Source: Squalus acanthias
Lineage: Eukaryota
Direction of reading: 5' to 3'
DNA length: 64,000 bases
Assembly (NCBI GenBank): GCA_030390025.1
Contig: CM059433.1
Location: forward strand, 98,642,001-98,706,000
Positions 13,080 through 26,469 of this stretch are shown here, in pieces. Both the position numbers and the translations under genes were made by a program. Numbering within the stretch: position 1 is the first letter of the stretch; every line of letters begins with the position of its first letter. A model generated the notes under the pieces. The model made no database searches, had not been told where the DNA came from, and saw nothing but the letters and a program-made list of their open reading frames with translations.

Positions 13080-13427
13080 ATGCAAAATACTGCGGATGCT
13101 GGAAATTTGAACTAAAAACAGAAAATGCTGGAAATACGCCACAGGTCAGGCAGCATCTGTGGAGAGAGAAACACAGAGTTAACGTTTCAGGTTGATGACC
13201 TTTCGTCAGAACTAGCGGCAGCCGATCGGGTGAAATTCCCATTGTTAGTTTTTTCTTGCGTGACTTTATTTCCTTCCTGCACACTTCCCCGATTACCAGC
13301 CTTTTTAAAGCTGTGTATAGCATTAGTTCTGACGAAATGTCATTGACTTGAAACATTAACTCTGTTTCTCTTTCCACAGATGCTGCCTGACCTGCTGAGT
13401 ATTTCCACCATTTTCTGTTTTTATTCC
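13080..13427. mobile_element. Penelope pLTR inverted-repeat element enclosing a captured piece of local DNA
   Basis: Inverted pLTR arms at 13080-13212 and 13324-13427; imperfect TSD TGTC(T/G)TCTTT at 13070-13079 and 13428-13437. Confidence 0.75.
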
Positions 13428-14369
13428 TGTCGTCTTTCATTTCTAACACATCTTCTGTATATTTCCAGCATTTTCTCTCTTTGTTTATTTCAGATTTTCT
13501 TTTAATTTATAATGAATTTACACTGGGAATTTTCTTAGGGATTCTACTGATTGGTTATTGCAATCTCAGCGGTGCATCAGTGGAAACCCTAGATATTCGA
13601 GGATGAGGTTTCCGCCAACGTTCCAGCGGCCGATCGGTGAAATTCCCAGCGTTTAGTTTTCTCTTTCGTGACTTCATTTCCTTCCTGCACACTTTGCCGA
13701 TTACCAGCCTTTTTAAAGCTGTGGTATAGCATTCCGATGTGCGAGGGAGAGCCAGTCACCTTGTCCATTTGTATTTTATTACCCCCCCCCCCCCCCCCGC
13801 CCCGTATTTCTGAGAAGCATTTTAACGAGGCATCATTATGTAAGTGAGATACTTGCATTAGGGCAAACTCTCTTGGTTGGTCTATAAAATTTCAAAGTCA
13901 GTAGCAAACTTCATAACTTGCAGAATTGACCATCTACAGATTTTTTTCCCACCTTCTCTCCCAGTCTGGGACTGGAACATGGCCATGGTGTAAATATGTC
14001 CCATCTTGCATCATATTATTTCCATTCAGTTCAGATTTGACCCCTTTTAACGTTGAGTTAAGAAATCAACCATCTGGCCGTTCCTCATTCTCCTGCTTGT
14101 CATACACACATGTTGAAAATAGCGTACTGATGTGTCCTTTTTTGGTTGCAGGGCAACTGTTCTACGATTTCTTTCGTGTGGCCTTGCACTTTTTTTAATG
14201 TTGACATTAAATAGAATGGTAAAGCGGGCTCATGTTGTAAATTGCACATTTAGTTGATGAAATCATTTAGTTAGTCCTATTTTAAAGCATGCTGTTTCTT
14301 GGAAAATGTAGGCTTCCCTTTATCAGTGTTCCGACTGTATTAAGTGTTGATCCCTTAAACTTTCTGCAG

Positions 14370-14559
14370 TTAACGAGCCACGGCCCAGACTACATAACCA
14401 CAGCATCAGCGGGAGCAGTGTGCAAGAGGTGACCAGTGGCCTGAGTGCAAGCGGAAGCAATCTAGACAGAGCAGGTGTCAAACTAGAAAATGATCAGTCA
14501 GCAAGTACTGTAGCACTAGCTGGAAGCATGCTGAGTGCAGAACAGGATTCTTCAAACAG
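14370..14559 (+). CDS. RNF19A: RNF19A-like penultimate coding exon
   Basis: tttctgcag|...|gtgaat; VNEPRPRLHNHSISGSSVQEVTSGLSASGSNLDRAGVKLENDQSASTVALAGSMLSAEQDSSN(R), which resembles RNF19A HNPSIGEGSV..LSASGSHMDR..ASTMALAG. Confidence 0.85.
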
Positions 14560-15327
14560 GTGAATGTATACAAAAGTCGTTTGAAATGCTTTTATAAATT
14601 GACCTGGGTAAATGACCCTACTCGCATGTTTCTGGTGAGCCTGGAATCGCAGACAGCATTTAATGGCTTTGTTCTGAGCTTCGATTATATGAATTATTTC
14701 TAATCATTGCTTTTATTAATGAATTGATTTGTCAATTGCAAGACTGATTGTCAAAGCCAATGATGTTTGCTGTTTTATTTTTAATAAACTGGACCAGAGC
14801 TCTGCCAAATCTATCCAACAAATTTCAGTTCGAATCCCAGAACCCACCCCAATGACAACGAAGGAAAGAGGTTATTCCACCCCTTTCATTTCTGTTCTTT
14901 TCTCCCCAGACAACATAACGCGAATGTTTTCTTTTAATGTAACTGGCACTGCATCTGATCTAAGAGTGCTGTGTGTGTTACTAGGATGCAAAATACCATA
15001 GTACTGCCAAGCCTACATTTTTTAATGTATAGAAAATGCTGGCAATGCGCAACAAGCCCAGCAGTGTACAAAAAGAAAAAGGAACTTTTTGTCTGGAGGC
15101 AGACACTCCGTTCTGACTATCTGCCTTTTATTTCCTTTTCGAGATGCTGATTGACCTGATGTATACTGTCAGCATTTTTCTGGGGGGTTTTAAAAAAATT
15201 TATTTCAGATTTCCAGCATCTGCATTTTTTAAAAATCTCTTGCTCTTGGCTTTTCTGTTGTGTGTATTTAATGATGCAGCAATGCATTGTGGTTTTGACA
15301 ACCTACTAAATGCTGCTTTTGTTTTAG

Positions 15328-15511
15328 GGAAGGAAAGAACATAGAGGTCCACGTGGATATTGAAACCGAGCCTGGCGGTGTGAAAGACCGCAGCAGCAGT
15401 AGCTACCTGTCTGTTCACAGCTTGTCTATGGAGTCACCGCACTGCTCAAGAGAACTGTTGTGCGGCACTAGCCCAAATACCGAACGGATTTCCATTCAGA
15501 CCTGTGTGTGA
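15328..15511 (+). CDS. RNF19A: RNF19A-like terminal coding exon (stop TGA 15509-15511)
   Basis: ttttgttttag| then REGKNIEVHVDIETEPGG...ERISIQTCV*; matches the RNF19 EGNSMEVQVDIE motif and an IQTx(I/V) C-terminus. Confidence 0.82.
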
Positions 15512-16847
15512 AAGAGTTTAAACTGTGTTCTTTTTCAGATGCAGTCATTTTTACCCCCATAAATTTAAAATTAAACTAAAACTAATATGTGGAATTGCTG
15601 AGTTTTTACAGCTGTAAACCCTGATTAATATCTCGACACACCAAGTTCCAAAACTACTCCCTCTGGTGCCCACATACGTGCAGCATACATCTTAAGCTTC
15701 CTCATTTTCAATTTTTAATTTTTTCCTTTTCATAAAAAAAACCACATTCTTGAATTTTAATAATATTGCTTATCTTTTTTTTTTGTCTGAATGTTTTGCA
15801 GACTTCCAGCCCACGTGATTTCTAGAAATCTTGTGATGCTTTTGTCCTGCCTGTTGCACTTTGATTTTTGTACACCACTTTCAGCTGCATTAGAGGCGGC
15901 ATTGAGTGTGATTTCTACTGTTTACCCCCATCTCCACTCTAGTAACATGCTAACCCAAGTACAAATATGTATATTTAAACTTTCACAGAAAAATTAGTAA
16001 GAAACTATTATCTGTATCAATTTAAAAATAAGTTTGATTTGCTACTCCATTAAAACAGCAGACAAAGTAATGTTATGAACCTGTTGAGCACTTATTGGCT
16101 GATACTGGATATATTAATTTCTAGGATGGATAAATTATAATTGAGGAAAAAATCTTTGATCAATTCTTTTCTCTCCCGCCACCATTATTATTCTGATAGC
16201 ATTCATCTTCCCTGATTTTATTTTTCTGAATTTAGTGGAGGGGTTTTAAAACCTGAAACACCTAGGAACTATAAAAAGTGAAAATTAAAACCCTTCTTGC
16301 ATTAAATGCAGACTTTAGTTTCCACCCCCTCTCCCACCAGAGTTCTTTTTTAATTTTGTTGCTACTGGTTGCTTTGATTTGGGTATATAGGATATAAACT
16401 GAGGTGGCCAGTGGAATTGGAGAGTATCTCACTGTTCTCACTTTGACAGTTTTATTCCAGAGTGTGATGAGACTTTCAACAATATTTTTTAACAAAAGTA
16501 ATTGGTTCAAAACAATTAAAGAAAAAACATTTTTTTAAATTCAATCTGTATATTTCTATTATAAATGGGATACTTCATGCTGAAACCTTTGATGCAGATT
16601 TTGTACATGATTTGCATAGTGTCATGCAGTCATAGAGTGAAAATCCTGACATATGCTTCAAATAGCAGTTTAATCAGTCGTGTGTTATGATCCAGTACAT
16701 CTCATGCGGGCTCTTCCAATCTCCTACCAGAACCCCAAAGAAATAACCGTTTTTAGTCTCTTGCACTGCTTCTGGTGGTATTCAGCCTGTCTTCCAGCTG
16801 AGTTACAGTGGGAAATTGGCATTAACCCCACTGAATTTACCCATTTT

Positions 16848-16850
<3 letters not shown>

Positions 16851-16928
<78 letters not shown>
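16851..16928. repeat. Compound microsatellite (CT)n(CA)n
   Basis: Directly visible. Confidence 0.98.
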
Positions 16929-16932
<4 letters not shown>

Positions 16933-19900
16933 TCTATCACAAGGTACCTGCCATTTGCAGTTGGCAATGGTTCTCAGTTGGTACACTAGTTATAACTCTT
17001 GCATTAGAAGATCTGATGTTTTGTATGCATCAGTTATACATTGCAGAAGCTCGGTGATGTTAACTTGTGCCCATTGGGGCTTGGATCCCAGATGGATTAC
17101 TTTTAAGAATTCAATAATAAAACCAGATATTCTATCCCCTATCAGCCTGGTTTAAAACTCAGGTCTTTGAGGGCAAATGACTGTTCCAGCACACTACATG
17201 TCCTAGGTGAAACTTTGCCCATCTTGCCAACAACAAATGTGCTTCCCTTCACAAAGAATGGAACAACATTGTCAATAGGTCTAAGGAACACTACTGATCT
17301 TGAAAAAGACAAGAGTTTATTGATGTAAAAACTCAGGCTTAAACTTCAGTATATTCTTTCCAAAGTCTCAGTGATCTTTTCTGATCGTGACCACTGGAGG
17401 GGGTGGTTGTTCATTAAAGTACTGCATTACTTCAGCTGCAGAAGTAACAGTGATTTTCTGATTTTCTTCAGGATTGAATGTGCCACCACATCTGGCTGTG
17501 GCTCAGTGAAAATCCACTTTAACCTCTGCTCAATTTCAAACCTTGACAACAGTGTGCCGACATTTTAATTCCGATGCTGTGACATTTGTGCAATGAGAAG
17601 GAGACTGAAACACACAAACATACAGTTTCACTACTGGCCGACTCTGGAATTGTATGAGCAGTCTAATTTTTTGCCAATTTTAAAGGCCAACTTGCTGCAA
17701 AGTATTGCTGTTGTGTAACCAGAAGTACCGAATCGGAGTGAGCACAGCCTTTCCTTACAGTGTCAGATTGCAGTTCTCTGTTGTAAATCCAGAGACCACA
17801 AAGTGCCAGAAATGTTTGTTTTGGTATCTGGAATTCTTGTAGAGAAACTGAATAGAATCAACTTTAAAAAGACTTAAATCGTTACAGGAATGTACACCGA
17901 TTAAATTGAATGCTTCAAAATGCTCAGCAGACAACATTAACCTGCAAGAGTTTGGAACAGCATGTTTAATATCTCAAATGTGCGTATAGCAGCAAATAAG
18001 TTACTGGGTGTTATTGTCAAATTAAATGCGTCAGCTTTAGCCTTGTATCAGCTAGGAGAAAGTGTTATTTCGGTGGTTAACCCCGATTCTGGGAGCTACA
18101 TAATCAGATGGTCCCCTGATAATCTTTGTATAATAATTGGCACATTACAATCTCTATAATCTAAATTATAAAACATTTTGGCTGCAGAACATTTTGAGCA
18201 TGTCTCGCCAGAGTGGAGGTCCCTTATTCTGCTGCCATATTGGATTGTGCACCAAAGATTGACTGGTTCCATCTGCAAGAAACTGGTTCCATATCTTAAA
18301 GGAGCATTCCTTCACAAACCGGACACCAAGCACTCGTGTTGCTAGTATCATACAGTGAAAGTAATTCTCTAGAATTTCAGTAGTGTTGCTGGTCTTAGAA
18401 ACTGCAAAATTTCTAAGAAAACAAATGAATTGCAGAACTTCAAACCCAACATTGCCACGTCTCCATTGTGTCATGTCCTCACACCTGACATTGCTGGTGC
18501 CTTCATCTGTGAGGATTATGTTAGGGCCACTTGTGTGTGACTTTGCAACCTGGTAAAGCCTGATGAAAATTGTGGATTCTTGAATTAAGGATGCCTTGCA
18601 TTAGATGTTTTTTTAATACAAATCTTTTCTTCATGACCATTCATAAACCACTGTGAATATTTTGCAGTATTTTAAATGTGTTTTGTAAAGTCTGTTGTCA
18701 AGGAATGCTCCTCATAAAGTGCATGATTTGCTTAATCTCCATTCTCATGACTATTAAAACATAATCCAATTTTTAAAGCATATATTGTCACTATTCATTG
18801 TAACTTCTGCTTTGCTGTGGTATGAGCATAACCAATGTGCACATGTCAATATGGCAGCTGAGATGTTAAACATATTTGTCATTAAACCTGGTATAATTCG
18901 GATTTCCAGCATCTGCAGTATTTTGCTATCAATAATTGTAAGCTGCTCCTTGACGTATGTTAAGATAATATAAGGACTATATGTACCTATAATTCTCTAG
19001 GCTGCACACTTTTGAGAGTGGTGGATGCAGTCATAAAAGGATAGTGCAGTGTCAATCTCTGCCATAAGACACAGTAGATTATGTAATATATAAAGTCTGA
19101 AATGGAAATGCCTTTAATGTAAACAAACTTGAGTGAGAAAAGTTTTGAATGTATGTCCTCATAGCTATAGCATCTCAAAGAAATATAATGGTGGCTTTGT
19201 TCTGGTGAGGACTTTAAAACTACTCAGTGTTACAATGCCTGTACTCTTTAATTGATGCAGTTGCAATGAATTCTATACTTTTCCTAAATTTTAATTGTGC
19301 ATCTGTAAGGATAATTCATGTCAAATATCCAAAAGTATGAATTGAGAAGAAAACTTGTATTCTAAGTGATGCCTTTTAGAAACTTGAATAACTATGTATT
19401 AGCATCAGTGGATTTTCATTTCCTGAGACTTGGGTGAAAATCCAGCTCCAAAGGATAGTCTGTTGTCACTGAACTGTACAAGATTGCAAATGTGCTTGCT
19501 CAGTTTAGTCAGTCGTCATGCAGTTACTCCTCAGATTCAACACAAATTCAACTTGCTCCAACATATTATTCAGAAATTGAAGTTGAACTGTCTGGCAGTT
19601 TGAATGGAAGAATTTAGAATCTAAACAATGCTATAGCTGATCTGGAGGTGATTGATGTTACTAGTTATAAAGTTTTTAATAAGTGTATCTCCTGCTTTCC
19701 CTCATCCTGAAGAAGTTATGAACACAAAACGGGTATCCCCTATTGTATTCACAGTAAATTGATTTTTCACACTCAAGTTTGTTAAATTTCTCTTTCCTCA
19801 TCTGGGAGATAAATCTATCTAAAGATAATGTCTGTCTATGAACATTAATTCATCACTAATTTTTAAATGCTTCACTTGATTTTTAATGATTCGTGTTGTC

Positions 19901-20281
19901 CTCTCATCAACAATAGGGTTCCTTTCAAGACTGGAAATGTGGTTTCCATCCATTCAACTGGTTTTGATCTCAAACTTGTTACATGCATTTTTGTTTTTAA
20001 AATTCCACTTCAGATTTTAACTTGAGGGTTGCTTCGTACTTGCTCTGTTCGCTTTGCGAACAGACATGCTAGAAATTGTTGAATACCCATAGATAGAGCT
20101 TTTTTTTTGTTCTGTTTTTAATTTTTTATCATCAATAAATTCCTTGATTTAAACGTTATTACTTGTTAGTTTTTCTCTTGAAAATTGAAGAGACTTATCA
20201 ACCTGTGCAACTTCCCAAAATGTTTCTATTTTTGAGAATTTCAAGAGATTTCATTCTGTGTGCCTTGTTTGTCTTGCATGG

Positions 20282-20650
20282 TCATAGGAACGGCAGTAGG
20301 CCATTCAGCCCCTCTAGCCTGTTCTGCCATTCAATCAGATCATGGCTGATCTGTAACTCAATTCCATTAACCATATCCTATTCTTGGACACCCTTACCTA
20401 ACAAAAATCTTTCAATCTCAGACTTAAATTTCAATTAACTCCGCATCCACAGCCTTTTGGGGAAGAGAGTTCCAGAGTTCCACTACCCTTTGTGTGGAAA
20501 AAGTGCTTCCTGATTTCACTCCTGAATGGCCTAGCTCTATTTTTAAGATTATGCCCCCTTGTTCTGAATGCCCTCCTACCCTATTGAATCACTTTATCAT
20601 TTTAAACACCTCAATTAGATAATCTCTCACCCTTCTAAACGGAAGGGAGT
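20282..20650 (-). mobile_element. CR1 3' fragment
   Basis: Reverse complement of the CR1 3' end (gtaggccattcagccc, cagccttttggggaagagagttcca). Confidence 0.85.
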
Positions 20651-22164
20651 ACTGTCTCTAGCATTTTCTCATCTTCCACTATATGCTAAAAATTATTTGT
20701 ATAATTTACCTAAAGTAAAACCAGAGAAAAGTATTTTTTAACCAAACTGAATAGGGGAAGAAGCAATGTGGGGTGAGGAACATGGGGGTCTTTCTAGATG
20801 AATGAATTAAGATAGGCTGAATGGTCTTCCTCGTCTTTTTAATTGTCTTCTCAGAAGATTTACAGCAAAAGCATAAATACGTTCATTCTATTTCAAACCT
20901 TAATCATTTTGTTACGAATAGCAAACAGTAGGTATCTTCCTCCACAGTCGATCAAAAAGACCAACCAAAGCTACATATTTTGTTGAGCGAACATTGAATT
21001 ACTCCCTTTCCACAATTTTCATCTGGAAATGTAATTATTTTACCTGGATTATTTTTTTCCAATGAAAATTAGGAGCCTTATCTGTAACCTATCTATCGAC
21101 ATTCTGATTGCACAAGTAGCTTAAACGCTTTATCAATCTTTCTCCCAATTCAACAGGGTTCTTCACCTCTTTTGGACTTTTGTTCCTTTTTAGAGGTTAG
21201 GCAAACTAGAAACCATGGATAATTTTATAGGACCATAAGTGACTTATGCCCTCCATAACTTACTGTTCTTCATTTTAAAACAACATTTTGCAAGTGTTTT
21301 GTATTTTTAATTGCCATGGTAGGAACTTTTCATTTATGTTAATGTATTTACTAATCCAGCCTTGGAAGTACCGTGCTAAGTTAGAGCAATGGCAGAAATG
21401 CTTCCAAATGCACAAAATGGTGCACTAGTACAAACTCGTCTTGCATCAGAATACCACTAAACTAGATCCATTCTTTTGCTCGTTGCTTGGGTAAACTGTC
21501 TTTTAGTTTGAAATGATATTTGCATGTCTGCCTTTTTTTCACATTACAAATCAATTCATTTTTGAATGATTTGACAGCTCATGTTACCAGGATTTTTTTT
21601 TTTAGCACTACTTTTTTTATTTAAAACTTTTTAGTATACTTTCAAAAATGTTTTTCATGGAAGATGCTTTCTCTGTCTTTGGGAGGGTGGGGGAGAGAGG
21701 ATATTATACAGGTATAAATCTATGTAAAAATGTCCCATTGAAGTTGAACATTTAACTATATATATATTTTTTCAAATTTGTTCATTAAAGTAAAAAGAGA
21801 GCTCCTGAATACTACAGTAATAAGTGCTTGAATTTGTATGGATGGTCTATTGGCAAAGATGAATTGCGAATGCAGTGTGTAAACTCCTGATTGTGTAGCT
21901 GGATTCTTTTTGTTACTTTCCTTAAGTTGCAGCATGGCACATCACAGTTTAGAAATACATTTGGCAGTGCCGCTATTCACTTCTGATCTGTGTAAAATCT
22001 AAATGTGAAGCTCATGATTAGAAAATAAGGTGCCTGGATTAATTGGGGACTGGTAGACATTACGATCTCAATATTGATTTTAAGAATTTTTTTTATATCT
22101 AAAATGTTTGACTTTGAGTTGAGTTCTGACACTGCATTGGTATTCAAGTTGTAGTTGCTGCAAT

Positions 22165-23633
22165 TTTATATAGGGCCTTTGTGAGACCACATCTGGATAC
22201 TGTGTACAGTCTTGGGGGGAGAAATTCAGTATCGTCCCATTTGGGGCGCAATTATCCGCCAGGCGCAAAGATTAGTGCCTGGCGCTAATTATCGCCTCCG
22301 TCTGCAAACTTGACTTTTATCGCCCCTGGAGGGGATTGGGAGCGCTAAATCAGGCGCTACACATCTGTCTTAAGGCGCAAAGGCCGAGGAGCGAGGCGCT
22401 ACCTCAGAGCGCTGGCGAAGCTCATGTGATGTCAGTCAGCAATGGAACACAGACACAATGGCGCCGGCCAGTTCTTAAAGGAGAGGGTTGATCTTGCTTT
22501 CCATCCACATCCTGCTCATTGCAGCCTTGAATCTGGGCCTGGAGAGACCTGTACATCAAATCTGCTGGAAAGAACAATGGAGAGAACCAGGGAAAGAGCT
22601 CAGAGTGCAACCCCAACAGTCTCTTCTAAATCGATACAAGGAAGGGCAAATCAAAATGAACCTGCAAAGTGCTGCTCAGTACCCAAAACTCCTTCACACA
22701 GTGTTGAATCGCTCCAGAAGCTGTCTGTCTGTGTCTGTCTGTCTGTCTCTCTCTCAATGCGTGGTTCAAAAATGTCACCAACAAAAAAAGGCAGGAAGTG
22801 ATCGCCTTTAAATAGCGCTCCCCCAGTCCCTTCCTCACTGCAAAACGCTCCCCTCAACCTGTCGTTGCTAGCGGCAGGCGGTAAGGCAGGGGGCGCCACT
22901 CAATATCCGCTCCGGGGCGTTGCGCACTCGACTGACGTCACGATCTGCCAGCGCAGGAGATCGTAGCGGTAGTGTTTAGCGCCGCTGCAAAATGTCTAGT
23001 TAATTGCGCGAGCGGCGCAAACATCGCCGCGCCTGGGTGCTAGTTGCTTTGCGCCCTCTTAAGGCGCTAACGGGAGGCGCAACCAACTGAATTTTTCCCC
23101 TTTGGTCTCCTTACCAAAGGAAGGTTATACTTGCCTTAGAGGGAGTGCAACGAAGGTTCACCAGACTGATTCCTGGGATGGGGGATTGTCCTATGGGGAG
23201 AGATTGAGGAGATTAGACCGATATTCTCTAGAATTTAGAAGAATGAGAGGTCATCTCCGTGAAACATATAAAATTCTTACAGGGCTTGACAGGGTAGATG
23301 CAGGGAGGATGTTTCCCCTGGTTGGAGAGTCTAGAACCAGGGGTCACAGTCTCAGAATAAGGGGTCAGCCATTTAGGACTGAGATGAAGAGAAATTTCTT
23401 CACTCAAAGGGTTGTGAATCTTTGGAATTCTCTACCCCAGAGGGCTGTGGATGCTCAGTCATTGAGTATAATCAAGGCTGAGATCGATAGAATTTTGGAT
23501 ATTATGGGTATCAAGGGATATGGGGATAGTGTGGGAAGGTGGAGTTGAGGTAGAAGATCAGCCATGATCATCTTGAATGGCGGCGCAGGCTCAAAGGGCC
23601 GAATGGCCTATGTCTGCTATTTCTTATGTTCTT
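22165..23633 (+). mobile_element. CR1 3' fragment interrupted by a MITE at 22215-23101
   Basis: RPHL..CVQ|WSP is split by the insertion; LEFRRMRG, FFTQRVVNLWNSLP and the tail follow. Confidence 0.9.
22215..23101 (+). mobile_element. PIF/Harbinger-type non-autonomous DNA transposon (about 890 bp)
   Basis: TIRs GGGGAGAAATTCAGT / ACTGAATTTTTCCCC, 3-bp TSD TTG, CpG-rich subterminal regions; homologous inverted copy at 44781-45674. Confidence 0.85.
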
Positions 23634-24484
23634 GCTCTCATTGATCGATCTCGGTTGAAATTGGGAGGGGGATACACTAGGAGTTCAAGTTTAAAATAGC
23701 TATAGCACTGATGGTGTAATAGGATTTTGTTTTGTGCACAACTGTATACTTTTCAGTCCGAGTATGTGCTTGTGATGGTGCACTCTGCTCCTTTATTGGT
23801 AGCAGTAATATTGGTGGAAAGTGACCCCTCAAACTGGAGATTGTTCATGGGCATGGTAGAAGGATCAGAGACACGCCAGGATGCTGGTGCATCAGGACAT
23901 AGGCCTTGAATGGTTGTTGCGTAGGGTGCTGCCTCGCAGTAAGACACCATATGAAATGTGGCCAGGGTTGCATGACATTGGGACAAGCAGCTGGCAAGAG
24001 TTCCAATGTCATTCCTCTTGGTGCTCTACTTGGGTTACTGGTGGTGGGCCTCATCTCGGGGGCCACCGCTAATCTGAGTGGACAAAAGAATGTGCATCTG
24101 TAAAATGAAACAAACCTTCCCTTATGGGTAGCCATGTCCTTTTTCAAAGATTATCTAGGCCTAACTGCAGGCTGCCTTGAACAGTGCATATCATCTCAAA
24201 TAGCAGTATTCTACATATTATGGACCAATGTCTTTATGTTGTTTAGTCCATTGTTTTCCAATACATTGGCCACTAGCCACACGAGGGTAATTGGGAATCT
24301 AGATGTGGCTAATTGGATTTTGATTAGTATATAAAAAATGGATAATAGACACTGTCATTGGGCACGTGATCTGAATACTCATATTCGCATGGTTTATGCA
24401 TGTGTAGTTTAAACTTTTTGTGTGTTAGTTGTAAAATGGTAAAAAGAAAAGCAGAGTGTGCGAGTGGCTTTTGATCAATGTGTG

Positions 24485-25730
24485 TGTAGGGGGTGGTGTT
24501 TTTGTGTCAGCTTCTCCTCTGACTTCTGAGCGGTTCGAATCGCTCCCACTCCCTTGGTTCTAGACCTTGGACTTATTTGGGGGTTGTGACAAAAAGTGCA
24601 GCAGACAACTGGTTTTGATGCAAGAACTTTGATCTTTATTCAAGAAAGTAAAACACAACACAAACACTCTTAACACTCTTAAAGTGGGGAACACTTCGGT
24701 ACAAGCGAGGGAAATAACATTAGGAGAATACGTCACCCCTCCCAATCCCACTTCACTAGCTAGGTTGGACTCTGGAGAACCAGGGATAATGCTCACCAAA
24801 CGAATCCTTGACAGTTGAGAGTTAGGGTTTAGAGTCTTTTGAGTAAAAGGTTTTGTAAGGCCCTTGTTGCCACGAGGTGTCTGATGGTCACTGAGGCGGT
24901 CGCTCTGGTCTCTTCTTGTGTGTCGGCCTACATCTGGAGCTGTTGGCCTTCTTTGTTGAACTTCTTTCTGTTGCACCCTCGTCTTGTTGAACTGTCTTCT
25001 TCAGAGCTGTGGAACTGCCTTCTTGCAGAACTGTGGAACTGCCTTCTGCCGGACTGCTTGCTGAACTCCCTGCTGTCCTGTCTGTGTGCCTGCTGTGCTT
25101 CTACTGTCCTGCTTGTTGCTTGAACTTGAGAAAAGCAGGCCTTCAATTATACTAATTGAAGCCTCCTTTGTTGCGCGCCAAATCAAATCCCGGTCAGTGT
25201 AAGATTTTGGAGGGCTCGTTAACGGTAACTGGTTTGTAAATGTGTGAAGTGGTTTCGGGATAGCCCCCATCCTGTCGATTTGCCACTTAATCGGAGTTTG
25301 ATTGTTATGTTTTGGGTTTTCTTGGCTGGGCCTATGATTTCTATAGAGTATCTGTTTTATGCATGTCTTTAATGGGCTCTAAATTTGGGTGGAGACTGTT
25401 TTCCTCGGGTTTATTGTTAGGATGCTAATGTCTGATAGGGGCCGATTTACACTCCCAGCGAGATCATGCGGTTCCCCAGACAGTTCCCATTAGCTCCAAT
25501 ACCCAAACTGTTTTTACAGAGGTTGACCCCACCTTCCTTCACAGCCTTTTTTTCTCCCTTACAAGCCCAGACATGTTTTAAAAGTACCAAATCTTGGTTT
25601 TTGCTCAAAAGGTTCTTCGGTTAGGCCCAATGCACTTCACCACCCTGTAATACCTAGAAAAGAGTCCAAAGTCCTTTTCCTTAGGGTTTCCTTCGAGTTA
25701 GGGGGATCTGTGAATTTTGAGAATCTTACA
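24485..25730 (-). mobile_element. Solo LTR (about 1.25 kb), unrelated to the 35.6-43 kb provirus
   Basis: TGTAGG...CTTACA termini; imperfect 5-bp TSD GTGTG/GTATG; minus-strand AATAAA at 24635-24640; internal direct repeat CTGTGGAACTGCCTTCT x2. Confidence 0.6.
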
Positions 25731-26055
25731 GTATGCTTTACTTCCTTGGTTACTGCTTATTGGTTATCTGCTAAAATGGTGTGTAACATCGGTGAAAACA
25801 CCAACACTAGGAACATTGTAAGGAGAGGGGAGTTGTCATCATGGTCAACTTGACCAATGCCAGTAGAAGAAAGCAAGCCCAGCCAATAACCAGTAGCTCC
25901 AACAGGGTATGTTGTGACAAAGGATAAGCAGCATCCAACTGCATTCTGGATGGAGAGCAAGGGTGGGTCTGGTGTGTCCTGTTGTGCGAGTCAACATTCT
26001 CAGCAATCACTCTGATGAAAACGTTGGGGGTCACCAATCTTCACTGACTTAACAG

Positions 26056-26195
26056 AGCTTGCTGTGTGCAAATTAGCTGCCGCGTTTCCTACATTACAAC
26101 AGTGACTACACTTCAAAATGTACTTAATTGGCTGTAAAGCGCTTTGGGATGTCCGGTGGTTGTGAAAGATGCTATATAAATGTAAGTCTTTTTTT
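26056..26195 (+). mobile_element. 3' fragment of a Deu-SINE (SacSINE1-type)
   Basis: Matches the 3' part of the full copy at 46851-47280. Confidence 0.8.
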
Positions 26196-26469
26196 CATTG
26201 TTGGCAGAGCCTTCAGCTGCCTGGATTTGTTGTATAAAATTTCCTCCCTAAATCTTTCCATCTCCTTTTATTTAAAAACAATATCCTCAAAACTCATCTC
26301 GTCTACCAAGCATTCGGTCACCCCTCCTTTTCCTGGCTTTTCCATTTTTCATATGCCTACCTGTGAAGGCTTTAGGGCTTTATTTATGTTAAAGGCACTA
26401 TAAAAATGCAAATTGTTCAGGATACACTGGATTTTGTTTACTTAATAGTATAAAGTCTCTTGACTGTAC

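Larger units (their letters stand above)
15512..21800 (+). other. Candidate long 3'UTR of the RNF19A-like gene
   Basis: AT/T-rich and unusually repeat-poor after the stop codon; AATAAA at 20134-20139 and ATTAAA at 21784-21789. The true end is unknown. Confidence 0.4.

Noticed and set aside
16680-17057. ORFs with SLSL/THTH or CVCV/RERE runs
   Set aside because: Translation of the (CT)n(CA)n microsatellite.
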